Part shown: positions 1 to 9,100 of the stretch, piece after piece
Numbering within the stretch: position 1 is the stretch's first letter
Layout of the letters: each line of letters opens with the position of its first letter
From: a virus
Virus record (IMG/VR): IMGVR_UViG_3300005532_000002
DNA length: 59,884 bases
Reading direction: 5' to 3' (one strand)
Made by a program: the position numbers and the translations under genes
Notes under the pieces: generated by a model
Database searches by the model: none
What the model was told of the DNA's origin: nothing
The model's input: the letters and a program-made list of their open reading frames with translations, nothing else

Positions 1-120
1 CCTCGCCCGTCGCAAATCACGTCGCATGAGTAGCGGTTTCCCGCAGAACGAACGGACAAGGCATTGAAATATAATGCTGGATGGGTGGCCGAGAGGTTTA
101 AGGCACCGGTCTTGAAAACC
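1..120 (+). repeat. Left copy of the 120-bp perfect direct repeat (attL core or assembly/DTR overlap)
   Basis: nt 1-120 read identical to nt 59765-59884. Confidence 0.9.
79..120 (+). pseudogene. 5' fragment of tRNA-Ser(UGA)-like gene, ending 3 nt into the 3' strand of the anticodon stem
   Basis: GGATGGG acceptor strand, long class-II D-arm GCCGAGAGGTTTAAGGC, anticodon stem-loop CCGGT-CTTGAAA-ACC. Downstream sequence (ttggtgtgaaccc) cannot finish the anticodon stem or supply a T-arm or acceptor 3' strand. Confidence 0.7.
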
Positions 121-232
121 TTGGTGTGAACCCTTGAAATCGGTCATTTCTCTAGGATTTCTGCGGGGAAAATCGCGAAAAACCGGTCACGAGTAGAGTT
201 GCGCACCGTCGCACAACCCGTCGCACTTTCTC
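121..232. promoter_or_regulatory. Candidate integrase/Xis arm-type sites
   Basis: CGTCGCA heptamer pairs 12 bp apart at 207/219, as at 8/20 inside the repeat. AAATCGCGAA at 170-179 recurs at 59754-59763. Confidence 0.3.
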
Positions 233-267
233 CCCACCTACGCCTCCGCCGCACCCACGCGATCGCC

Positions 268-417
268 TCACCTCTTGGGAGGCCTGGGCGGCGGAATCAG
301 CGCCAGGATCACGATGAGGAGGGCGAGGACCAGCGCTGCGATCGCGCCGCCGACATGCGGCGGAAACACAATCTCGACGACCGGTGCGCCGGCCACCGCC
401 GACGGATCAGCGGACAT
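268..417 (-). CDS. Small tail-anchored membrane protein (49 aa)
   Basis: Internal ATG of ORF 268..600. C-terminal TM GGAIAALVLALLIVILALI. Overlaps the preceding stop by 11 nt. Confidence 0.35.
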   Translation of the reverse strand: MSADPSAVAGAPVVEIVFPPHVGGAIAALVLALLIVILALIPPPRPPKR

Positions 418-691
418 CGTGGCGATGATGCACGCCGTCGCGCAGCGCATCGACCTGACGCCGCAATGCCTCGACTTGGTCGCGCAACCGCTCGGCCGCC
501 TGCCGCAGCTCGCGGCGCGAGATGTGAGGGACGGCCGGCGCGACGACAACCTGCGGCGGCTTGACGATGACCGGCGGCGCGGACGGTGCCGGCATGGCAT
601 GCGGTGGCGCAGCGGGTGCCGGCGGCTTGCCGCAGGCGGCCAGCGCCGCGGCCAGCGCCAGCGCGGCAGTGGAGCTAACGGACCGGCTCAT
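407..691 (-). CDS. Outer-membrane lipoprotein, o-spanin-like
   Basis: Internal ATG of ORF 407..1039. Signal plus lipobox ALALAAALAAC, then a Pro-rich segment. ATGA overlap with the upstream stop. Confidence 0.6.
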   Translation of the reverse strand: MSRSVSSTAALALAAALAACGKPPAPAAPPHAMPAPSAPPVIVKPPQVVVAPAVPHISRRELRQAAERLRDQVEALRRQVDALRDGVHHRHDVR

Positions 692-1029
692 CGCTTCAAC
701 ACCCTTCGCAGATCGTCGAGCTGCGCCGAGATCGTCGCGAGCGTCGAACTCATCGTGTCGAGACGCAGTGCCAGCGCGGCATCGGCCTGCCGGCGCGCCT
801 CGTTCTCTGCCCGCCGCTCGGCTTCGAGCGCATCGACCCGCGCCGACAGGCCGGACAGCGAGACGCGCTGGTCGGCAATCTGCCCTTCGATGCGATCGCC
901 CCAAGCGAGCGCGGCGAGCGCGATGAAGATGATCGTCGCCAGCGTCTGCAGGCCGTGGCCGAGCCAGTCGCGGCGCGGCGGCGGGGCTTCTTCTTGTTTG
1001 TAAGGGATTGGTGCCGTTCCGGGCATCAT
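688..1029 (-). CDS. Type-II membrane coiled-coil protein, i-spanin-like
   Basis: ORF 688..1029. TM LQTLATIIFIALAALAW followed by a coiled-coil region. Confidence 0.6.
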   Translation of the reverse strand: MMPGTAPIPYKQEEAPPPRRDWLGHGLQTLATIIFIALAALAWGDRIEGQIADQRVSLSGLSARVDALEAERRAENEARRQADAALALRLDTMSSTLATISAQLDDLRRVLKR

Positions 1030-1035
1030 GCGGCC

Positions 1036-1176
1036 TCAACCTGTGGTGAGGGCGAGGTTAACGGCCAGCGCGTAGAGAATCCCCTCGGCGTTGCCCGTCG
1101 GGCTGCCGTCGCTCAACCCCGTGATCGTGGTCTGCGCGGCAATCATCTCCAGGTTGCGATTGACGACGTCATCCAC
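1036..1176 (-). pseudogene. Truncated copy (46 codons) of the N-terminus of a gp11-like tail tubular protein A
   Basis: VVNRNLEMIAAQTTITGLSDGSPTGNAEGILYALAVNL matches VVNEALELIAAQTTITGLNDGSPAGNAAGVLYAPAVNL at the start of gene 18842..19411, then stops. Confidence 0.55.
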
Positions 1177-1344
1177 CCGCCCGGCCCGATCCCGGTCAGC
1201 GGGACCAGCATCCACCACCCGGATTTGATCGCGTAGTTCGAACGCGCGCGACCGTTGGCGCGATGGCGTATATCCACAGCGCCGTGGTTCACTGCCGTAA
1301 ATCATGGTCCATGGCGTGTGGGCGAGGGGGTATGGCGGTGGGGG

Positions 1345-2934
1345 TTAGCAGTGTGTAACAACACCAAGGGAGGTGGCGAAGGCGGCGGATGGTGCGCCGC
1401 TACAGGTTACTGCGGCTGTGCCGGCCACCACAACCCGCTGTCCCGGCTGGATGATAGTGGTTCCGGTGTCTGTTGAGTTATCGATAATCTGGGATGTCGT
1501 TGCATTTACGAGATTGCCCGTGATGGTATTGAGTGTTGTACCGTTATCCAATCCAATTCCTGTGTTTAGGGGGGCTCCGCCATCGACGCCAATGAAATTT
1601 CCAGTAATACTTATGCCCGCGGCTCCGGATTGCAGATGAATGCCATATAGTAATTCCTGTCCGACCACGCCCTCGCACGATGAAGCAATGATATTTCCAC
1701 TGACTATTGCATTGGCGGAGTTGATCGATAGCCCGGTAGCGGCATTGGCGCCGACTGCGTTTCCGCCGCCACATAGCGAGCTGCCGATGATTTGTGTGTC
1801 TGGGAATTGGATTGCGATATTGCCGCCACCTGATCCCATTTGACGAAATCCGATGATACGTAATCCGGTAACCGTGCCGCCAAACGGGTTTTCCGCGTAG
1901 ATGCCGGTGGCGTTATTCCATGTTCCGGCGCCCTTCCAGTTGCCGACATCGCCAGCCCAGCTATTGGATATTGATATTCCTTCGACCGTGCCGCCTGCGG
2001 CCGGTGCGATGTGTAGGCCGTCTGAGTATGTGCTATCGCCGAGGACGGTATGATCAAAAAACGTCCATTGCACAGTGGCGCCGGATGGCGGAGCGATTTT
2101 CGTGCCGATATTGGAGAACAGGATGTCGTTGCTTGTGACATAGCCGCCGCCGGCATTGACGAACAACATGCCTGTTCCATACGCGCCCGTGCCTGATGCG
2201 CTGTTGCCCTGCAGCGCGATCAGGTTGCCCTCGATGCGGGCATCGATGCTTTGAACCGCGGCGGTTCCAATTGTCATTCCGGTACAAGCCCCGTCGTTTG
2301 GTTCGTTGAACCCTGATACAACGTTGTAGAGATATTGGTTATTGTTTCCTATTTCGAGAATTCCATTGCATGGGTCAGTAAGCGATAATCCTGTGGTTAT
2401 GACATGATTGGCATTGACCGTAAGGACATATCCGGACGTATTCTGTCCGGAAGCGTTTGCAACGATCGCGAAATTTTCCAACGTGGTGCCATCCGCTCCG
2501 GCATTGACGGTCAACAGGTTGAGGTTTGGCGCGCAGGCTTTGAAGCCGCTGGTTATTGTACTGACTGTCTGAAATGGAGACTGGGCGCCAATAATCCTAA
2601 GTGGTTTTGACCATGATATTGATCGGATGCAGTAAAGTCTCTGTCCGAGATAAAGCGTTCCCCCCGCGCTTGGTGAGGTCGCGGCGTTGACAGCGGCTTG
2701 TACTGCGGCGGTGTCATCTGTTGTGCCGTTGCCGACCGCGCCGAAATCCATTGGCGTGATGATGCGGCTGGTGAGTGTCGACAGGCTCGATGCGGTGGTG
2801 CCCCCAGACGGCGTGACGGTGCCCGCGCCGATCGGACCGATGACGGGCGGGCCGCTGCTCACCTGCTGCGCCGCTGCGGGGCTGCAGCACAACAGTCCCG
2901 CAATCGCGCCGCAGAGGGCGGGGCGCAAACGCAT
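1345..2934 (-). CDS. Right-handed beta-helix protein (pectate-lyase superfamily; tailspike or polysaccharide depolymerase-like) with signal-peptide-like N-terminus
   Basis: DFGAVGNGTTDDTAAVQAAV motif, many G/N/T-rich repeats, N-terminus MRLRPALCGAIAGLLCCSPAAAQQ, SD GGAGGAG 7 nt before the ATG, visibly lower GC. Confidence 0.75.
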   Translation of the reverse strand: MRLRPALCGAIAGLLCCSPAAAQQVSSGPPVIGPIGAGTVTPSGGTTASSLSTLTSRIITPMDFGAVGNGTTDDTAAVQAAVNAATSPSAGGTLYLGQRLYCIRSISWSKPLRIIGAQSPFQTVSTITSGFKACAPNLNLLTVNAGADGTTLENFAIVANASGQNTSGYVLTVNANHVITTGLSLTDPCNGILEIGNNNQYLYNVVSGFNEPNDGACTGMTIGTAAVQSIDARIEGNLIALQGNSASGTGAYGTGMLFVNAGGGYVTSNDILFSNIGTKIAPPSGATVQWTFFDHTVLGDSTYSDGLHIAPAAGGTVEGISISNSWAGDVGNWKGAGTWNNATGIYAENPFGGTVTGLRIIGFRQMGSGGGNIAIQFPDTQIIGSSLCGGGNAVGANAATGLSINSANAIVSGNIIASSCEGVVGQELLYGIHLQSGAAGISITGNFIGVDGGAPLNTGIGLDNGTTLNTITGNLVNATTSQIIDNSTDTGTTIIQPGQRVVVAGTAAVTCSGAPSAAFATSLGVVTHC

Positions 2935-3154
2935 GGGATCTCTCCTCCGGATTACGGCTTAGGCGGTTCTTCTGCCGGGACGGCGCGCAACTCGTGCCGG
3001 GCGAGGTGCGGCTCGGCCGTGTCGCGCACCCGCCGGTGCAGCGGCGCGCGGGACGGCGGCGGCGTTTTCGTTGTCGGCCGCCTCCCGTGGGCCTTCAGCC
3101 CACGGACTTGATCCGCGGGGAAAGCCGGGATTGGCGGCGCGGATGGTTGCGGCA

Positions 3155-6100
3155 TCAGTGGAGAGCGGCCGCTCCCGAGGCCGCCTGTGGCCCGAGAAGC
3201 TGCGCCCGCTTGGCCGCGAGCGCGGCGCGGACAATGTCGGGATAGCGCATCATCACCAGGCTGCGCGCCGTCTCGCGGGCGCCGCGGATGGCGCTCGTCA
3301 GCATGTCGTGCTGCACGCCGGCCGGGAGCATCGCGAAGCCGGGCATACGCACGATCGCATCGACCCGCATCTTCGCCATGCGGCCGGCGGTGCGGGAAAA
3401 GAGGTCATATTGCTCGTCGGACAGCGCGACGCCGCGGATCTTGCGCGGCAGTTGCGCGGGAAAGACGCCGAGCCGCAGCAGCGCCTGGTTTGCCGGATCG
3501 GTGTTGATGCGGCTCTCATAGAGCGCCGTCACCTCGGGAACCAGCGCCTGCCGGTTCGGGATCGGCTGGCCCCAGATATCGTAGCGCGGCGGCAGGGTCT
3601 CCGAGACGAACGGGATCTTGGCCTTGATCGCGTCGAGCACGCTGCGCGTCTGCCGCATATAGGGATCGAGCGTGCGCGCGGTCTGCGACAGGCCGACCGA
3701 GAACGGCACGAAGGACGAAAAGAAGCCCTTGGCCCAACTCTCGCCGTGCTGCGTCGGCTCCTCGATCGCGCCGAGCAGCTCGGACGGCCCGCGCAGAAAG
3801 CTCTCGTCGAGGATGTTGCGCGCGACCGCGTGCACCGCCATCGCCGCGGTGTTGGCGAGGTCGCCCTTTGCGGCGTAGCCGGCGACGTCCCACAGATCGG
3901 CGGCGATGCCGAGCCCGATGCCGAGCACGCCGAGCCGATGGATCTGATAGTATATGTCGCCGATGCGCACCGAATAGGGCTGCCAGCCGGTCAGATACTT
4001 GACCGAGGCCTCGCGCGGGTCGGAAGGCGGCGAGCCGGTCAACAGCCCCTCGGCCGCGAGACTGCCGCCCAAGAGCATCAACGCCGAGCCGGCGATCATG
4101 CGCCCGGCCGCGAGATCCTGCGCCGCGCCGCCGTTGCGGCCCAGCAGATCGTCGCGGATGCGCGGCGACAACAGCCCGACCGGGGTGCGCTCGACAAGGG
4201 CGCTGTCCATGATGTTGGCGGTGATCGTCACGAACGGATCGACGAAGCGCAACGGGCGCAAGGTGCCGAGCGGCAGCGTGCGGCCGCCCGGCAGCGGCAC
4301 GTCGGGCAGGGCGACGCCGGCGTCGACCAGCGAGGCGAAGCGCTGGCGCAGGCTGCCGTAGGGCGCCTTCTGCATCATCGCGTCCTCGCCGGCCTCGGCG
4401 ATCGCCCGCCGCATCATGTCTTCGGTCGGGTCGACCGTCAGCGCGCGGATGCGGGCGGCGAGATCGTCGCCGGCGCGCCCTTCCTCGGCGGCGGTCCGGT
4501 ACGCCTGCGCCGCGATGCTGCGGGTGTAGCCGGCGGTGCGCGACAGCGCATGGATGGCATTGATCAGCCGCCCGGGCGATTCGAGGACCGTGCCGGCAAT
4601 GCCCGGGATGACGCGGGTGCGGAACGGCTTCGCCGCCATCTCCTCGCCCGGCAGAAGCTGCGTCTCGTTCGATTTGAACGCCCGCCAGGCAGCTTTCCAG
4701 CCGTCGCGCGCATAGCCGCGCATGAAGCCGTAGAGCCCGGCCGGCACTTCGCCGAAGCGCACGCGGTCGGCCGCCGCATCGCCCAAGAGGCCGCGCAGCT
4801 CGCCGACGATCGCCGCAGCGCCGCGCTCGGCCGTGCCCTTCCACAGGCTGAACAGCGCGTTGGCGACGGCATAGGTGCCGTGCGTCGCCGGGCCCGAGAT
4901 CAGCGCGTTGACGAAGAAGCTCTGCAGCCAATCGAACAGGCCGGTCTTGTCGCTGTCGGCGACGAATTTCGAGACCTGCGCCGGGGTGTCGAGCTCGAGG
5001 CCGAGCTGCGCCTCCCGGCGCATCTGGAACAAGGTCCGCCCGGTCGCGGTCTCGAGGAACTGCTCAAGCGGCTCGTCGCGCGCGCCCTTGAACGCGCGGA
5101 ACGCCCTGAGCGCCCGCCCGGCCTCGGCGGTGATCCCGGCCACCTGTCCCTGGATCATACGATGCCGCGCCTTCGCCTCGGCATAGCGCAGCACGTCTTC
5201 CTCGCTGCCGAAGGCGGCGCGGGCCATCGCGTCGCGCACCGCTGTCGCCGATTGGATCAAGAGTTTGCGCGCGGCCACGACCTGCTCGGCGTTGAAGGCC
5301 TCGCCGATCCGGCGCCGGTTCAGCTTCGCCGCGTCCATGCCGAGCGCGTCGGCGAGAGCGAGCACCTGCGCGTCCGAGACGACGCCGCGGCGCTCGGCGA
5401 CGAACGCGTCGTTCTCGTCGGCCGCGTCGCGGATCGCCTCGTTGACCGACTCGGGCGTGCCGAGCAGATCGAGCCGGATGTTGCCGGCCTTGTCTACGAA
5501 CTCGCTGCGTCCCCCAATGGTCCCTTTGGCATCGGGGAAGAAGTCGTTTGGTCCGTCTGGGGTCCCCGCGCGATCTGTGATCGCGCGGGGCTGGGGCGGC
5601 GGCTCTTCTGCCGTTGCGCCGCCGCGGCGAGCCCCAGCGCCGCCTCCGCCTGGTCGAGCGCCTTCTTGTATAGGAGCCTCACCGGCTGCGGCAGGTCCGG
5701 ATCGCCCAGCGCCGCCAGCGCCCGCTCGCGGCCTTCCAAGAGCTGCTCCTCGTCGATCGGCATTCTCGATGTCCTCAAGGCTCTGCGGCGTGCCGTATTC
5801 GAGTTCCGGGCGCCACTCGCGACCGTGCTCCTCGGCCCAATGCTGCGCCGCCCGATCGGCCTCGGCAAGCGCGCTCTCGTGCCGGATGGCGAGCCGCTCG
5901 GCCATCGTCTCGGCCGCTTCCAGGCCGACCCTGTCGGCGATCGCGTCGAAGAACTGTTCGCGCGAGAGGCCGCGCGGATCGACGCCGCGCTCCTGGGCGA
6001 GGCGGTCGATCTCCTCGTTCTGGGCCAGCGCCCGCTCGTATTCGGCGGCGGCGGCGCGGTCGTGCTCGGAATAGCGCGGGCGCTGTTTCAGGTCCTCTTC

Positions 6101-9100
6101 GATCGCATCGAGCAGCGATTGGATGTCCGGGCGCTCGGCGTATTCGGGCAGGTAGCCTTCTTCCCACGCCCGGAGCGCCGCCTCGTCGAGCGGCAGGCCG
6201 TTGCGGTTGACGAGCCCGATGCGGCCCCTGGCGCCGCCGATAATCGCGCGCACGTCGCCGCCTTCGTCGCGCACGCCGCCCTGCTGTTTCAGCCACGCGA
6301 CGAGGCGCAGCGGCTGGCGCGGCACGCGCTCGTAGGGCGTTATCTCCGGGGATCGGCGAGCTGCTGTTTCAGATGCGCGATGGCCTTGCGGCGCAACCTC
6401 GCCTCCGCCCGGTAGGAGCGCTCCTGCTCCTTCACGTGCGCCCGCAGTTCCGGCGACAGGTTCGGGCGCAGGCCCATGACGATCAGATGGTTCACCCGGC
6501 GGCGCGCCTCCGCCAACTCCTTCTCCTGGTGCGCCAATTCCTCGTGCGGCGATCTCATCCTTTACCTCCGGCGCGGTGCGCTCTTCGGTCTCGGCGCGCA
6601 CCTGCTCGGCGACCTGCGCCGCATGCGTCGGCAACGTGCGCGCGGCCGCGGCCTCGTGCGTGTCGGCCAAAGTGCGCGGCGGCTCTTCCTCGCGTGCGAT
6701 TATAGTCCGTCCCGGCTCGTGCGACAGCATGCGGTCGAACACGCCGCGGATGTCGTCGGTGATCGGCCGGCCGAGCTGCCTGGCGCTCTGATAGATCGCC
6801 GTGAGCCATTGACGGAACTGCGCGAATACTCTGGCAAGCGCTTGGCTGGGGGCGCGGCCCTCCCTCATGTATTGCTCGAAGCCGCGGGCGAAGCGCTCAT
6901 GCATGCGCGTGGTGATGTAGCCGTCCGGCTTTGTGCCGAGCCACTTGCGCACCGTCTCGGCATCGTCCTTGAGCGATTGCGGGGCGAGCGGGTGCGCGGC
7001 GTCGGCGACGAGGTTTTCGAGCCATGCATGTCCGGTCTCGTGAATGAAGGTCGAAGCGTCGGCATGCTCAAGGAGGGTGATGGTGGCGCGGGCCTGCTTC
7101 GTCGCGAGCCGGATTTTGCCGCGTTGGGCTTGCTCGAGCTCGTCTTCCGGTCCTATATTTGAGTTGCTGCTTTGGCTCCCTGGGTCGAAGGGAGACTCGC
7201 CTGACGGCGAGGAGACATCTGGGCCCGGTTGTCTCTGAAGCGGTGCGCTGCTCTGGCTCCCTGGGGAATTAAAGGGAGAACCGCCCTCCAGCGGCGAGGC
7301 GCCTGGACCCGGACGCCTCCAGAGCAGTTCTTGATTGCGGAAGTAGCTCGGGCGATACAGCCCCGCCGTGGTGACGGTCCAATGAGAGCCGTCCGCTGAC
7401 GGACGCAGCTCGACGACAGCAATCCGCACCCGCCCGTTTGGCTTCGCCAACAGTAGCCGGCCATCGCGTGCCTGATATATTTCGGCAAAGCCATTGGCGA
7501 CATCTGCGACGAGTTCGGCGGCATCTCTGTATCCGGCGGTCCGGATCTGGGTGCCGTGGCGCGCTTCGATGTGCCGCTCGCCATAGGCATCATTGCCTTC
7601 CGGCAGCCGGATCGGTGCCGCATCGCGGCCTACCGCAGCGGCTATATCCGGAGTGATCTCGCCCAGGGTATCGGAGCCGTCGGCGCGGGCGACGAAACGC
7701 TCGCCGCCGCGCTCGACATAGCGCGCCTCACCCTCGCCGATGGGTATTGGCTCCGGGCCGGGCACGCCCTGGGCATACTCCATCGCCCGTTTTGAGGCCC
7801 CGCGGCCGGCGACGATGCGCGGCGCATCGCGGGCATAGAGATCTTCCGGCGTGCCGAGCCGGCCGGCAAAGCGCGCGGCGCGCGTCTCGTAATAGGCGGC
7901 GACGAGTTGTCCGGCGGCGGTGGCCTCGTCCTGCGGGCGTCCGGCGGCGACGAGTTGCCGCGCCACGTCGCTGGCGATGCCGCCGGGCGGTAGCGGCTTC
8001 TTCTCTTGCAGAGCCGGCTTGCCGCCTTCCGGTTTTGGCTCGGCCGTTTGCGCCTCCGGCGGCGCGACGATCATCGGCGGCTCGGGGTGTTCCAGCGGCA
8101 GCTCGGCCTGCGTTTGCCCGGAAATCGCTTCCGGAGGCGCAGGGGGCGCGATTGCTGGTTCGGGCTGTTGGACGGCGGCCGCGGTTGCCTCGGCTGTCGG
8201 CGCCGCGGCGGTGGGGCTGGACGGCGCGATTTCCGGCCACGGCTGCGGCATCCGCGTCGCGGCCTCGCGGTAGGCAGCCGAGACATCGACCGCCAGATCG
8301 CGCATCCGGTAATCGGTCTGCATCAGCGCTTGGCGCACGCGCTGCATGTCCGGGGTGTCGCGGCTCGTCGCCGCGGCGATCGCCTCCTCGCGCGTCTCGG
8401 CGAGCGGCGCGCGCTGCTTTTCGAGATCGTCGATGCGCGCCTGGTAGATCTTCGTGCGGCGCGGATTGGTGCCTTCCAAGCGCTGCCGCTCGCGGGCGAT
8501 CTGCCGATCAAGGTCGGCGATCTCGGCGGTGTGCGGCGCGTTCGCCTCGGCATCGCGGCGCCGCACCTCGGCGAGATCGCCGAGCCAGCGCCGGAAGGTC
8601 TCTTTGCGCGCGGCAAGCGCGTCGTACTCCCTGAACGTGTCGGGCGCGATCTGGCGGGCGATAGTGTGAATGTCGGGTTCGGGCTCGGTTTCGCGCGCGC
8701 CGACATTGGGCTCTTCCGAGATGGTCTTGTCCGGTTCGGTCCCGGCCGGCGGCTGCTCCTCGGCGGTGGATTTCGTCGCGTCGGCGATCGCTGCGGCGTG
8801 CGCCTCTGCTGGTTCTCCTGTGGCCGGGGGCGGCTTTTCCTCTGCCGCTGTGCCATCCCATCCGTGTTCACCCTTGCCGATGACGCCGAGATCGCGCGCC
8901 GCACCGATCTCGCGTGGGCTGAGGGCGTGCGGCAGGTGCGGCGCCTCGGGCAGCAGCGCTTCCGGCAACGCCGCGATGTCGCGCGCCAGGGTCGGCGGCG
9001 CGCCGGCTTCGAGCGCGGTCTGTTCGGCCGCGCCTTGGGCGCCGCGGAAAGCGCCCTGGATCGCGCGGTTGACGACATCGATCGCCGTCGCCGCCGGTCG

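Noticed and set aside
64-75. TTGAAA-TATAAT upstream of the tRNA fragment as a tRNA promoter.
   Set aside because: The two hexamers are directly adjacent with no spacer. TATAAT ends 3 nt before the mature tRNA 5' end, so the geometry does not fit a sigma70 promoter.
1036-1305. Full 89-aa ORF as a gene.
   Set aside because: Only the last 46 codons resemble anything (the gp11-like N-terminus). The upstream part is Arg-rich filler. It is treated as a fragment.
3071-6415. 1114-aa plus-strand ORF. Similar long ORFs occur at 8006-9532, 9388-11313 and 15530-17431.
   Set aside because: These are shadow ORFs antisense to genes with recognisable domains. Their products are Arg/Ala/Gly-rich low-complexity sequence, typical of off-frame reading in high-GC DNA.
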